From: a bacterium
Lineage (GTDB): Bacteria; UBA8248
Length of the DNA stretch: 64,000 nt
Reading direction: 5' to 3'
Assembly (NCBI GenBank): GCA_965219955.1
Contig: OZ244799.1
Coordinates: 1,152,001-1,216,000 of the forward strand
The position numbers and the translations under genes were made by a program. Positions 1 through 9,855 of the stretch are shown piece by piece. How positions within the stretch are numbered: the stretch's first letter is position 1; each line of letters begins with the position of its first letter. Under the pieces are notes generated by a model, which did no database searches, had not been told where the DNA came from, and saw only the letters and a program-made list of their open reading frames with translations.

Positions 1-1
1 G

Positions 2-160
2 GTGAAGAGGCCCTACCTCGGGCTTCTGGAGGAATTTCTCGAGCAAACGCGGGAGCAGTGTGCGGACCTGGGGGTGGATTATCATCTCGTCTCGACGGCC
101 GAGCCGCTGGACAGGGGCCTTATCCGTTTCCTGGCGTGGCGCAGCCGCTCGAGGGTATAG
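2..160 (+). CDS. DUF58-family protein, C-terminal fragment (5' truncated by window)
   Basis: Frame from nt 2 reads VKRPYLGLLEEFLEQTREQCADLGVDYHLVSTAEPLDRGLIRFLAWRSRSRV*, typical of a DUF58 C-terminus; it precedes a BatA/vWA gene as in MoxR-DUF58-BatA operons. Confidence 0.7.
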   Translation: MKRPYLGLLEEFLEQTREQCADLGVDYHLVSTAEPLDRGLIRFLAWRSRSRV

Positions 161-184
161 CGGAGCGCCCGGGGAGAAGAGAAC

Positions 185-2320
185 TTGAGTTTTCAATTCT
201 TGCACGCAGCGCTTCTTTGGGGGATGGGACTCGTCCTGCTTCCCGTCCTGATTCACCTGCTGCGCAGGCGCCTCGTCCGCAGATACCGCCTCCCCACCTT
301 CGAGTTCCTGCTCAGAACGCAGCGCCGCATCACGAATCGCAGCAGGCTCAGAAACTGGATACTCCTGTTTCTCCGCGTGTGCGCCGTCGGGATCATCATC
401 TTCCTGGCGTCGCGTCCTCTCCTCGAGACCGAGGGCGGCGTGTCGGCCGTCGGATGGTTTCCCGTCCACACGGTCGCCGTGATCGACAATTCGGCGAGCA
501 TGGCGTTCGAGACGGGAAAGGGGAGCCGCTTCGACGTGGCCAAACGCGCCGCGAGGCGGATGATCGAGGACATGTCCGATGCGGACCGCATGAGCATCGC
601 GGCGACCGCCGGGGATGCTGCGGCCGCCGCTCCACTCAAGGAATTGAAGCGTGAGGATGCCCTCGCCGCCCTGGAGGGGGTCCGCCAGACAGACGCCAGG
701 GGCGCGCCCGCCCGCGTCGTTCAGCATGCGCTCGAGAACGCGTCGCCCCAGGCGGGGCGGAAAAACATCGTCGTATTCAGCGATTTCGCCAAGGGGGACT
801 GGGAGTCGTTTCAGATTCGCAACCTCAAGCAATGGAACCCGCATGTTCATCTGCAGTTCGTGCGCGTGGCCCCCGAGGCGGGAGTGGAGGATCTGAGCCT
901 CCGGGATGTGAAGATGAAGCCCTGGCCGCCCAAGGCGGGTTTTTCCTTCACCATCGGGGCGCGCGTTTTCAACCGGGGAGAGGAGAAGAAATCCAAAGTA
1001 CCCGTGCAGTTGTTCGTGGGCGGGGAACTGCGGGAGACGATCGAAGTGGACGTGGAGCCGGACGGGGCGAGTCCCGTGAGTTTCCGGGTGAATGCCCCTG
1101 AAAAGGGCGTGCTCAACGGGCGCATCGAGTTGCCGAAAGACAACCTTTCGGCGACGAACCGGTTCTACTTCGCGGCGGGCATCGGGAAGCGTTTGCGCGC
1201 CCTGGTGATCGATGGGGATCCCAAGCGCGGGCTCCAGGACAGCGAAACCTTTTTCATGGTCAACGCCCTGAGTGCGGCCCCTCTGGGCGGGGAATCCCCG
1301 GTGTTGACGCACGTCGTGGCGTCTTATGAGCTGGGCAACGTGCAATGGGACGAATATGACTACGTCATCGCCTGCAACGTGGGCCGCTGGCCCGGGCGGG
1401 GGGAGCAAGGCTTGAGGAGTTTCGTCGAAAAGGGCGGCGGCCTTCTCTGGGCCACGGGCGAACTGTCGAGCGACAAGGCCGCGGGGCTCGGCTGGCTTCC
1501 GGCCACGCCGGGAGAGCCCGTAACGCTGCGCCCGTCCCAAAGCCTCAAGATCGCGCAGGGCGAGGAGTCGCACCCGGCGTTCTCTTTGCTGGGGGCGTAC
1601 GGGGGGCGGTTTTTCTCCGCCTTGCGCCTGGCGAGGGTTACGCCGCTCCAGCCGGCGAGAGGTGGACGGGCTTTGCTGGAGCTTCCCGACGGCACGCCCC
1701 TCCTGGTGGTCGGCTCGGTCGGCTCGGGCCAGGTGATGGTATGGGGCTCCACGTGTGATCGGGACTGGACGGACCTTGCCGTGCGGCCCGTTTTCGTTCC
1801 GCTCATCAGAGGGATTTCCGATTATTTGGGAGGCACCAGAAAGGGCGTTTCCTCATCCGCGGACGCAGGCGACGCATTCGAAATCAGGGCGCCCATCCGG
1901 CGCGTCGGGGAGGCGATACAGATACGCGGGCCGGTAGGGGAAGAAAGTGCGCTTCAATTCATGGAGAAGACCCCCGGCCTCGAAGACGCGCCCGCCGACG
2001 GGCTCAGGCTGGGCAAGGCGGGAAGCGCCGGCGCCGTCGCCTACTACCGCGACGCCTACCGCGCGGGTTTCTACCGCGTGCTCACGCCCGATGAGAAACA
2101 TTTCGTGGCCGTGAACGCGCCAGCATCGGAAGCGAACGTTTCTCCCGTGGAGATGAGCACGCTCAAGGAAAAACTCGAGAAACTCGACGTGCGCGATTTG
2201 CCTGCGGACGACTCGGATCCGCTGCGCTCTATCTTGAGTCTCATCGACCTGGGCGCGCTCTTGTTTCTCGCACTGGGAGGGATATTCGTCGCCGAGGCGT
2301 TCCTGGCGGACAGGACCTGA
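185..2320 (+). CDS. BatA N-terminal double-TM + vWA domain membrane protein
   Basis: N-terminal LPVLIHLL...RYRLPTFEFL...LRNWILLFLR BatA signature; MIDAS-like DNSASM; FSDF; C-terminal TM helix. Confidence 0.85.
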   Translation: MSFQFLHAALLWGMGLVLLPVLIHLLRRRLVRRYRLPTFEFLLRTQRRITNRSRLRNWILLFLRVCAVGIIIFLASRPLLETEGGVSAVGWFPVHTVAVIDNSASMAFETGKGSRFDVAKRAARRMIEDMSDADRMSIAATAGDAAAAAPLKELKREDALAALEGVRQTDARGAPARVVQHALENASPQAGRKNIVVFSDFAKGDWESFQIRNLKQWNPHVHLQFVRVAPEAGVEDLSLRDVKMKPWPPKAGFSFTIGARVFNRGEEKKSKVPVQLFVGGELRETIEVDVEPDGASPVSFRVNAPEKGVLNGRIELPKDNLSATNRFYFAAGIGKRLRALVIDGDPKRGLQDSETFFMVNALSAAPLGGESPVLTHVVASYELGNVQWDEYDYVIACNVGRWPGRGEQGLRSFVEKGGGLLWATGELSSDKAAGLGWLPATPGEPVTLRPSQSLKIAQGEESHPAFSLLGAYGGRFFSALRLARVTPLQPARGGRALLELPDGTPLLVVGSVGSGQVMVWGSTCDRDWTDLAVRPVFVPLIRGISDYLGGTRKGVSSSADAGDAFEIRAPIRRVGEAIQIRGPVGEESALQFMEKTPGLEDAPADGLRLGKAGSAGAVAYYRDAYRAGFYRVLTPDEKHFVAVNAPASEANVSPVEMSTLKEKLEKLDVRDLPADDSDPLRSILSLIDLGALLFLALGGIFVAEAFLADRT

Positions 2321-2655
2321 AGGGCGCCGGAGATTTTCCGTGATTTCGCTTACCGGACTCGAATCATAACTGCTGATTGATTTGCGTGGTCCCGTGCCGC
2401 TCCACCCCAATCGGGGCGGAGCGGCTCGGGCGGACGGGACCACTGGAGCTTATCCTTGGAACAATATGATTTTGAAGGCGATAGGTCGCCTGCCCTTTCT
2501 ATGGTCCATTTTCCCATAAAAGCGGACATTATATCAAGCCCAAAATGCCTGAAGCGCGAGGTAGCCGCTTTTTCATAAGCGCTTATGTGGTAATATATGG
2601 AGTAACCTCTCGAAAATATTATGCAAACTATTGATATTTGGAGGCTAATATCGTT

Positions 2656-3492
2656 ATGAGCATATCCCGGAGTGAGATCGTGGCTCGCCTGCGGGCCGAG
2701 AGGGACGCAGGACGCGCCGTCTACGACGCGCTGTGCGGAAGCGGCATCACGGCGAAATTCGCCGCGCGCGGCGGAGCGGACCTCGTCACCACCTTCAACC
2801 TCGCCTACTACCGGATGCAGGGCCTGAGCTCCATGGCGGGCTATCTGCCCATCGGAGACGCGAACGCCATCACGCTCGAACTGGGCGAGCGCTCCATCCT
2901 GAGCGTGGTGAGGGAATGCCCCGTGGTCGCGGGCCTGCTGGGCGCGGATCCCACAAGGGACATGTTCAGGTTCGTCGACAGAATCGAGGCGGCGGGCTTC
3001 CACGGGGTGATGAACTGCCCCACCGTCGCTCTTATTGACGGGAATTTCAGAAAAGACCTGGAAGAAACCGGCATGGGGTTCTCGAAAGAAGTCGACGTTC
3101 TGGGGTACGCGAGCGGGAAGGACATGTTCACCAAGGCCTTTACGACCACGCCGGATGAGGCCCTCGCCATGGCGGAGGCGGGCGTGGACAACATCATCAT
3201 CCATTTCGGGAACAGTTCGGGCGGCTCCATCGGCTCGAAAACGGTGATGCCGCTCGATGAGGCGGCCCAGCGGGCGGCGGCCATATTCGACGCCCTGTTG
3301 CCGAAATACGGGGAGAGAATCTTCACCTGCCATGGGGGCGCGATAGAGACGCCCGCCGACTTCGAGCGGCTCCTCGACCTGGAGAGCCGCTTCGACGGCT
3401 ACGTGGGCGGTTCCTCCGCCGAACGTTTTCCGGTGGAGGAGGCCGTGCCCAGGGCGTCGCAGGGCTTCAAGTCGGTGAGGCTTCGGAAATAG
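2656..3492 (+). CDS. PEP-hydrolase-like TIM-barrel protein (Tm-1 C-terminal-like)
   Basis: GSGITAKFAARGGADL, GLSSMAGYLPIGDAN, NCPTVALIDGNFRKDLEETGMGF, HGGAI, GGSSAERFP motifs. Confidence 0.85.
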   Translation: MSISRSEIVARLRAERDAGRAVYDALCGSGITAKFAARGGADLVTTFNLAYYRMQGLSSMAGYLPIGDANAITLELGERSILSVVRECPVVAGLLGADPTRDMFRFVDRIEAAGFHGVMNCPTVALIDGNFRKDLEETGMGFSKEVDVLGYASGKDMFTKAFTTTPDEALAMAEAGVDNIIIHFGNSSGGSIGSKTVMPLDEAAQRAAAIFDALLPKYGERIFTCHGGAIETPADFERLLDLESRFDGYVGGSSAERFPVEEAVPRASQGFKSVRLRK

Positions 3493-3602
3493 AACCCGGG
3501 CGTAATTTTTGGAATTACATGCCTGATTCGCAATGCCCTCATCAGGAGGGACTGGTTCGGTTTATGGAGGCGACCGGGAAGGGACTTTACTCCCCCTCGA
3601 GG

Positions 3603-3780
3603 GGGCCTGTTGAAAAAGTCCTCCGCGAGAAGGGAGGGAATCCCGATCATCGAATTGTTTGCCGTAGGGACAGGCCTCCGTGCCTGTCCTGATTCGAACC
3701 ATCCTGCAAAAGGACAACCACGGAGGGTTGTCCCTACTACAACCACAACACCGACTGACGAGGGTTTTTTCAACAGCCCC
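3603..3780. mobile_element. Non-autonomous TIR element (MITE-like) carrying a GTAG-REP pair
   Basis: Ends GGGCCTGTTGAAAA / TTTTCAACAGCCCC; flanks TCGAGG / TCAAGG; internal inverted REPs GTAGGGACAGGCC...GTCCCTAC at 3664-3737; interior homologous to 33678-33880. Confidence 0.7.
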
Positions 3781-4024
3781 TCAAGGGGGGAGTGATTAAG
3801 GACTGGCGGGTGTGGCGTAGTGGCATCTCCGAGAAGTCGTTGCGGGACGGTCCCGAGGAGGGCAGGAGAATCTCAAAGGATTGTCCTGCTGCGAAATGTG
3901 ATCAAACCCGACCGATGAGGGGCCGTTGGAAAAGCCCCCCTGACAAGGGGGTTGGGAGGTTGGCTGGTCAAAGATATAATTCCCCTGATTTTTCAGAAGG
4001 TCGATTTTGTCGGGCAAGGAGAAA

Positions 4025-5269
4025 ATGTCGAATCCGGGTGTAGCCGTATTGGTGACGATGGACAGCAAGGGTGCGGAGGCGCGCTTTCTGGCGGATGTGC
4101 TCGCGGAAGCGGGCGTGTATCCCCTTCTGGTGGATTTGTCCTGCAAGCCGCATGAGACGGGCGGCGCGGACATCGGCGGGGAGGAAATAGCCGCCGCTGC
4201 GGGACGGCGTTGGGAAGAGTTGGCCGGGATGGAGAGAAACGCCGCCTCGGAAATCATGATGGAGGGCGGCAGGCGGGTTGTGGCCGAAAAATTTCAGGAG
4301 GGTGAGATACGCGGCGCGGTCGGCCTCGGCGGGGCGAACGGGACCTCGATGGCCTGCGCCATCATGCGCGCGCTGCCGCCACTCGCGCCCAAGGTGATGG
4401 TGAGCGTCGTCGCCGCCACGGCGGCCGTGCAGTGGTACGTGGCCGAGAGCGACATCATGATGTTTCCCGCCATCGGCGACTTCACCCTGAACCGCATCAC
4501 GCGCGGCGTGCTCACGAACGCCGCCCTCGCCCTCGCGGGCATGGTGAAGCGAGAGGGGGCGCCGAAAGATGGGGGCAGCGCCTCTCCGCCCCTCATCGGG
4601 GTGTCTTCTTTCGGAGGCACGGCGGCCTGCGTCGAACGGGTGGAGAGGAGACTCACCGAGGCGGGTTATGAGGTCATCTTCTTTCACGCTTCGGGGCCCG
4701 GCGGGCGAGCGCTCGAGTCCCTGGCCGGGCTTGGCGAGCTGGCCGGGGTGGTGGACGTCACCACGCACGAGCTCACGGATTTGCTGGTGGACGGCGTCTA
4801 CAGCGCGGGCGCGGGGAGGCTCGAGGCTGCGGGTGCTGCGGGGGTTCCCCAGGTCGTGGTGCCGGGCGCGCTCGACCACGCGAATTTCTGGACGGGGCAG
4901 GTGCCCGGGAAATATCAAAAAAGAGCGTTCTTCCAGTACAACGCCCAGAATCTCCTCATGCGCACGAACCGGGAGGAGTTCGAAGCCCTGGGCGTTCTGA
5001 TGGCGGAAAAGCTGAACCGCGCCAAAGGGCCTCTGTCGGTTCTGGTACCCACGCGAGGCTACAGCGAACACACGAAACGAAAAGCCCACGACCTGGAAGG
5101 GCGCGATGCGGGCGATTGGCGCCAGCCCGAGGTGGACGCCGCCTTTGAGGCCTCGCTCAGGGAACACCTGAAGACGGGGGAGATCGTCGCGCTCGATATG
5201 CACATCAACGACCCGGCTTTCGCCGATGCGTGCGCGGAGAAGATGATTCAGTTGCTGGCGCGGGGATGA
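4025..5269 (+). CDS. Tm-1-like ATP-binding domain protein (UPF0261)
   Basis: TMDSKGAE, GLGGANGT, MRALPPLAPKVMVS, FHASGPGGRALE, DVTTHEL, HINDPAFA motifs; AAGGAG RBS before ATG 4025. Confidence 0.88.
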   Translation: MSNPGVAVLVTMDSKGAEARFLADVLAEAGVYPLLVDLSCKPHETGGADIGGEEIAAAAGRRWEELAGMERNAASEIMMEGGRRVVAEKFQEGEIRGAVGLGGANGTSMACAIMRALPPLAPKVMVSVVAATAAVQWYVAESDIMMFPAIGDFTLNRITRGVLTNAALALAGMVKREGAPKDGGSASPPLIGVSSFGGTAACVERVERRLTEAGYEVIFFHASGPGGRALESLAGLGELAGVVDVTTHELTDLLVDGVYSAGAGRLEAAGAAGVPQVVVPGALDHANFWTGQVPGKYQKRAFFQYNAQNLLMRTNREEFEALGVLMAEKLNRAKGPLSVLVPTRGYSEHTKRKAHDLEGRDAGDWRQPEVDAAFEASLREHLKTGEIVALDMHINDPAFADACAEKMIQLLARG

Positions 5270-5378
5270 GGGCTCGGAGGCCGCGTAATCTTCAATCTAT
5301 CCTTCTCATGCAGCAGTGTCGAAGCCGCGTGTCGAAGTTTGAGGAGAAAATAGAAATCCTTTGGTTTTTCGATGGCGG

Positions 5379-5786
5379 TTAGTCATTTCCGGGGTGTTCT
5401 GTGCTTTGCAAGCGCCGTCGAACTTCTTCGAGTAACGCTTCCGCGTGCCGGACGGCTGTGGCTCGGTCGAGAGGCATCGCGCTGGGATCGCCGGCGCCGT
5501 AGCGAAATTGAACGGCATACGAGGTGTATTCCACCAATCCATCGAACCGTGCGGCCTCCGCGTCGTGCTCTTTCAACATATTTATCAGCCGCGACAGATC
5601 GTGGGTAGGCGGATACGTCTTCCCATGTAGAGCAAGCAGGGCCTTGAGCGACTTCTCCAACGCCTGTTGCACATGAAAGCCGAATATCTCGTCGGCGAAA
5701 ATGGTTGCGTCTCCCATGCCGCAAAGGGCGGAATAATCCCGTTCCGCCGCCTCCAGGAGCACGCGAGCCTGTTTAGGATCGCTCAT
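5379..5786 (-). CDS. HEPN domain protein (toxin of HEPN-MNT module)
   Basis: GFHVQQALEKSLKA, YPPTHDL, YAVQFRY motifs; overlaps the upstream nucleotidyltransferase gene. Confidence 0.88.
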   Translation of the reverse strand: MSDPKQARVLLEAAERDYSALCGMGDATIFADEIFGFHVQQALEKSLKALLALHGKTYPPTHDLSRLINMLKEHDAEAARFDGLVEYTSYAVQFRYGAGDPSAMPLDRATAVRHAEALLEEVRRRLQSTEHPGND

Positions 5787-6108
5787 AGAGCACTTCGCCT
5801 TCGCGCAGGGCGCGCGCCAGGACGTGGTTCAAGGAGTCGCGCCAGTACTCCACTTCATCGCTACTGAAGAGCAAAATATCCTTGGAAACGTCGAAACCCG
5901 CCAGCGCGCGCCAAAGCCGCGTCGTTTCGGAGCGTCTGTCCCGCCCCTCCTTAAAGGGGGCGGCTTCCACAACCACGAAATCCACGTCGGAATCCGCCCC
6001 CGCGTCGCCACGTGCGCGTGAGCCGAAGAGGATCACCTGCTCGGGATCGACCTCATCCACGATGGTCTTCACCATCCGCCGTAGAAGCGCGTCGTCTACT
6101 CGCGTCAT
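5773..6108 (-). CDS. Minimal nucleotidyltransferase (MNT antitoxin)
   Basis: ILFGSRARGD...DSDVD motif; ends ALREGEVLYE. Confidence 0.9.
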   Translation of the reverse strand: MTRVDDALLRRMVKTIVDEVDPEQVILFGSRARGDAGADSDVDFVVVEAAPFKEGRDRRSETTRLWRALAGFDVSKDILLFSSDEVEYWRDSLNHVLARALREGEVLYERS

Positions 6109-6366
6109 GGTTCAGGACTCCCTCCGTTTCCGTAAGGCCGCAGCCGGGCGATACGCCGCTATTATAAGCGCGGGTGAAGTTCGCGTCATCATCCTGGACG
6201 AAGAGGGGAGCCGTCGCCTTCACCGCCTGGAGCAGTGGCGAAGCCGCGCATCGAGGGGCCGCGGCCCGTTTGCCTCGAAACCCCGGCGCGGGGAGTCTTT
6301 TGCCCTCAAATGTTTTAAGATGCGCCCGTAAATTTTTTCTTTACAAATCATAGGCGCGAAAGGACG

Positions 6367-8097
6367 ATGCAGATGGCGGGAAACATCGCGGAAGAACGCC
6401 ACGAGACCGACGTGTTGATCGTGGGCGGGGGCGCGGCGGGTACGATGGCCGCCTTCGAATGCGCGCAGGCCGGCGTGAGCGTCATCCAGGCCACCAAGGG
6501 CCGCGCTACGAGCGGCACGACGACCGTGGCGCGGGGCGGATTCGCCGCGGCCATGGCGCCGGGCGACAGCCCCGAGCTTCACCTGCAGGAAATCCTCAAA
6601 TACGGCGGCGAGCTCATCGACCCCGAACTGGCGAGAACCTGGGTGTACGACATCATCGACGTCGTGCGCGACATGCGCGAGTGGGGCGCGGAGTTCATCA
6701 CCGACGATGAGGGCGACCTCGACCTCAAGATGTTCCCGAGCCACACCTATCCCCGCGCCCTGCACCACCACGACACCACGGGCAACATGGTCACGAAAGT
6801 GCTCTCGAAGAGACTCAGGGGCGACGCCCGCATCGGCCAGCATCCCCACGTGGCGGTCGTGGACCTCATCACCGAAGGTGGCCGCGTCATCGGCGCGTGG
6901 GGGGTGGACTACTCGCGAGGGTGTCTGATGGTGTACGCCGCGCGCGAGGTGATTCTCGCCACGGGAGGCGGGAGCGGCCTTTTCTACGTGAACGACAACC
7001 CCCCGCAGGTGACGGGCGACGGCTACGTGCTGGGCTTTCGGGCGGGCGCCGCACTCCTGGGCATCGAGATGATCGACTTTCAGGCCATGTGCTGCGCGCC
7101 CGAGGAGTTGTTCGGCTTCGCGCCCCATCCCACCGGCTTCATCAACGCGGGCGCCATATTCCTGAACCAGGAGGGCGAGGCGTTCCTGAAGCGCTATTTC
7201 CCCGACACGGCGGAAAAAAGCACGCGCAGCGAGGTCATCCTCGCCATGGCGAAGGAAATCCACGCAGGGCGGGCGGGCCTCACGGGCGGCATCTACATGG
7301 ACGCGACGAAAATCCCCATGGAGACCATCCAGAAGCAGATCCCCCACGTATATAAAACATGCCTCTCGCGCGGCATCGACATCACCAAAACACCGCTGGA
7401 AGTCGCGCCGGGCAGCCACACCTGGCTCGGCGGTCTGGAAATCGACGTTAACGGGAAAACGCGCGTGCCGGGCCTCTGGGCCGCGGGCGAGACGGGGGGC
7501 GGCATCCACGGCGGCAACCGCATCGGCGGCTCGGCGCTTTCGGCCTCTCTGGTCTACGGAAGGCGCGCCGGGCGGGCGGTTTCTGAAGGGGTGAGAGAGA
7601 GTGGGCGGGACGAGCCGGCTGTATTCGGCGGCATTCCCGACGCGGAGCGCGCCTGGCTCGAAGCGCTCATCGACCGCGAGGAGGGCCCGCTGCAAAAGGA
7701 CGTGCGCATGCGCTGCCGGATGCTCGCGCACGAGAAGCTCGGCCCCATACGAGACGCCGGGGGCTGCCGGTACGCGCTGGAAGAATATGCGCGCATCGAG
7801 AACGAGGATATCCCGGAAATGCGGCTGGATGACGGCGCGCGGGCCTCTGAGAAGACGAAAGGCCAGGAACTCGAAAGCGCGCTATCCGTCCGGAACCTGG
7901 CGCTTCTGGGGAAACTCCTCGCCACCGCCGCCCTGAACAGGAAAGAGAGCCGGGGGGCGCATTTCCGGCTGGATTATCCCGAGACGGACGAGGCGGACTG
8001 CAGTTTCGTCACGCGCCTTACGCACGGGGCGGACGGCGGGATTTCATTCGATACGGACCCGCTCAAGACATATACGCCCGCATCGGCCCTGGAATAG
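6367..8097 (+). CDS. FAD-dependent oxidoreductase, SdhA/FrdA/NadB flavoprotein family
   Basis: DVLIVGGGAAG, LATGG, TGDG, HTWLGG, AAGE..GGIHGGNRIGG, RKESRGAHFRLDYP. Confidence 0.9.
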   Translation: MQMAGNIAEERHETDVLIVGGGAAGTMAAFECAQAGVSVIQATKGRATSGTTTVARGGFAAAMAPGDSPELHLQEILKYGGELIDPELARTWVYDIIDVVRDMREWGAEFITDDEGDLDLKMFPSHTYPRALHHHDTTGNMVTKVLSKRLRGDARIGQHPHVAVVDLITEGGRVIGAWGVDYSRGCLMVYAAREVILATGGGSGLFYVNDNPPQVTGDGYVLGFRAGAALLGIEMIDFQAMCCAPEELFGFAPHPTGFINAGAIFLNQEGEAFLKRYFPDTAEKSTRSEVILAMAKEIHAGRAGLTGGIYMDATKIPMETIQKQIPHVYKTCLSRGIDITKTPLEVAPGSHTWLGGLEIDVNGKTRVPGLWAAGETGGGIHGGNRIGGSALSASLVYGRRAGRAVSEGVRESGRDEPAVFGGIPDAERAWLEALIDREEGPLQKDVRMRCRMLAHEKLGPIRDAGGCRYALEEYARIENEDIPEMRLDDGARASEKTKGQELESALSVRNLALLGKLLATAALNRKESRGAHFRLDYPETDEADCSFVTRLTHGADGGISFDTDPLKTYTPASALE

Positions 8098-8132
8098 ACG
8101 GCGGCAGCTGCGGGAAGGAGAGGAACCAGGAT

Positions 8133-9023
8133 ATGGCGCAAGTGAAAGTAGGCGTGGTGGGGTTGGGGAACATGGGGCGCGGCGTCGCGGGTAATCTGCA
8201 CAAGGCGAAAATCCCCCTGATGGTGTGGGACGTGGCGCCCGAGGCGCGAAAGCCGTGGGAGAGAAAACGGGGCGTGGACGTGCTCGAGCCGGGCGAGATG
8301 GCCGCGCAGGCGGGCGTCATCATCTTCGTGGTCCCCGGCTCGCCGGAAATCGAGGAAGCCCTCAAGGGAAGAGGGGGCGTTCTGGCGAACGCGCGAAAGA
8401 ATCTGGTGATCTATGACTTCACGAGTTCGGACCCCGCGGTGAGCCGCAAGATCGCCCGCCGCGCGAAGGCGAAAGGGGTGGCGTTCTTGGACGCCGGCAT
8501 GAGCGGGGGCGCTACGGGCGCCGCGGCAGGCACGCTCACGCTCATGATAGGCGGGGATGAGCGGGCGTATCGCCGCACGAAGCGTTTTCTGGCCCCCATC
8601 GCCGACAACCTCTTCCATCTGGGCGAGAGCGGCGCGGGCCACGCCATGAAGCTTATCCACAACATGGTCTGCCACTCCATCTTCATGGCGACCTGCGAGG
8701 GGGGAAAGATCGCGGAGCGGGTGGGCCTCAAGGTCGAGGACATGATCGACGTGTTCAACGTCTCGAACGCGCGGAGCTACGCGAGCCAGTTCCGCTTTCC
8801 CAAGCATATCTTGTCTGAAAAATGGGACGGCAAATCGCGCGTCTACAACATGATAAAAGACGTCGGCATGGCCGTGGAGATGGGCAGGAAGCACAGGGCG
8901 CGGACGGTGCACGGGGAGGCCACGCTCGAGTTTCTGGAGAAAGCCGTCAAGCGCGGGATGATCGAAAAAGATTTCACCTTGTTGTATCGTGATTACGAGA
9001 AGGTTTCGAAGACGAACTTGTAG
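8133..9023 (+). CDS. NAD(P)-dependent oxidoreductase, 3-hydroxyisobutyrate dehydrogenase family
   Basis: GVVGLGNMG, FLDAGMSGG..GA..GTLTLMIGG, GAGHAMKLIHN. Confidence 0.9.
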   Translation: MAQVKVGVVGLGNMGRGVAGNLHKAKIPLMVWDVAPEARKPWERKRGVDVLEPGEMAAQAGVIIFVVPGSPEIEEALKGRGGVLANARKNLVIYDFTSSDPAVSRKIARRAKAKGVAFLDAGMSGGATGAAAGTLTLMIGGDERAYRRTKRFLAPIADNLFHLGESGAGHAMKLIHNMVCHSIFMATCEGGKIAERVGLKVEDMIDVFNVSNARSYASQFRFPKHILSEKWDGKSRVYNMIKDVGMAVEMGRKHRARTVHGEATLEFLEKAVKRGMIEKDFTLLYRDYEKVSKTNL

Positions 9024-9048
9024 ATTCGGCCGCGACAGGAGTATTCCG

Positions 9049-9663
9049 ATGAAACTGGTGGTGGGCGTAACGGGCGCTTCCGGCTCGATATACGGCGTGC
9101 GGCTCATGGAGGTGTTGCACGACGCGTATCCCGAAGTGGAGACGCACCTGGTCGTCTCCAGGGCGGGCATCCGCGTCCTGACCTATGAGACGGATGCGGA
9201 CATCGCCAAGCTCTCATCCTGGGCGAGCGTCGTTCATCCCGAAAGCGACATCGGGGCAAGGCCCGCGAGCGGGAGCGCGGGCTTCGACGCGATGGTGATC
9301 GCGCCCTGCTCGCTCAAGACGCTCGGGCTGATTGCCACCGGCACGGGGGATAACCTCATCTGCCGCGCGGCGGACGTGATGCTCAAGGAGCAGAAAAAAC
9401 TCGTTCTCCTGCCGCGCGAGATGCCGCTCTCGGCGATTCACCTGGAGAACATGCACAAACTCGCCCTGATGGGCGTTTTCATCTTGCCGGCGTCGCCGGG
9501 CTTTTATTTCAAGCCGCAGACGATGGAGGATCTGATCGATCACGTGGTGGGCAAGACGCTCACGTGCCTGGGGCTGGAGCAGAACCTCTTCGAGCGCTGG
9601 CGGGGCCAGCACCCCGAGCGCAAGAGCCTCGCGGCGCGCCAGAATGAGGAGACGAACGGATGA
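9049..9663 (+). CDS. ubiX: Flavin prenyltransferase UbiX
   Basis: VVGVTGASGSIYG, ASGS, IAPCS, NLICRAADVMLKE, REMPLSAIHLENM, PGFY. Confidence 0.93.
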   Translation: MKLVVGVTGASGSIYGVRLMEVLHDAYPEVETHLVVSRAGIRVLTYETDADIAKLSSWASVVHPESDIGARPASGSAGFDAMVIAPCSLKTLGLIATGTGDNLICRAADVMLKEQKKLVLLPREMPLSAIHLENMHKLALMGVFILPASPGFYFKPQTMEDLIDHVVGKTLTCLGLEQNLFERWRGQHPERKSLAARQNEETNG

Positions 9664-9854
9664 ATGAAAAAGCAGAGACCGCGGCGCAACTCGTGCGGAC
9701 GGGGCGGGATGTCTTCGGTTTGGAAGATGAAGAGCGCATCGCCGGGTTCGCCGATGAAGTGGCGGAGATGATGCAGACGCTCTCGTCCGCCTCGCTCGAG
9801 AAAACGCAGGAACCTTTCCCCCCGCTCTTCGACGCTTCTCGAGAAGAAAAATAA
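9660..9854 (+). CDS. Small acidic protein, possible GatC/AtzG-like amidase partner
   Basis: 64 aa; start overlaps the ubiX stop; GGAG RBS; helical acidic body with C-terminal EPFPP; same operon as an amidase. Confidence 0.55.
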   Translation: MNEKAETAAQLVRTGRDVFGLEDEERIAGFADEVAEMMQTLSSASLEKTQEPFPPLFDASREEK

Positions 9855-9855
9855 A

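Noticed and set aside
5379-6108. HEPN-MNT pair as a novel system
   Set aside because: A well-known and widespread module with nothing atypical visible
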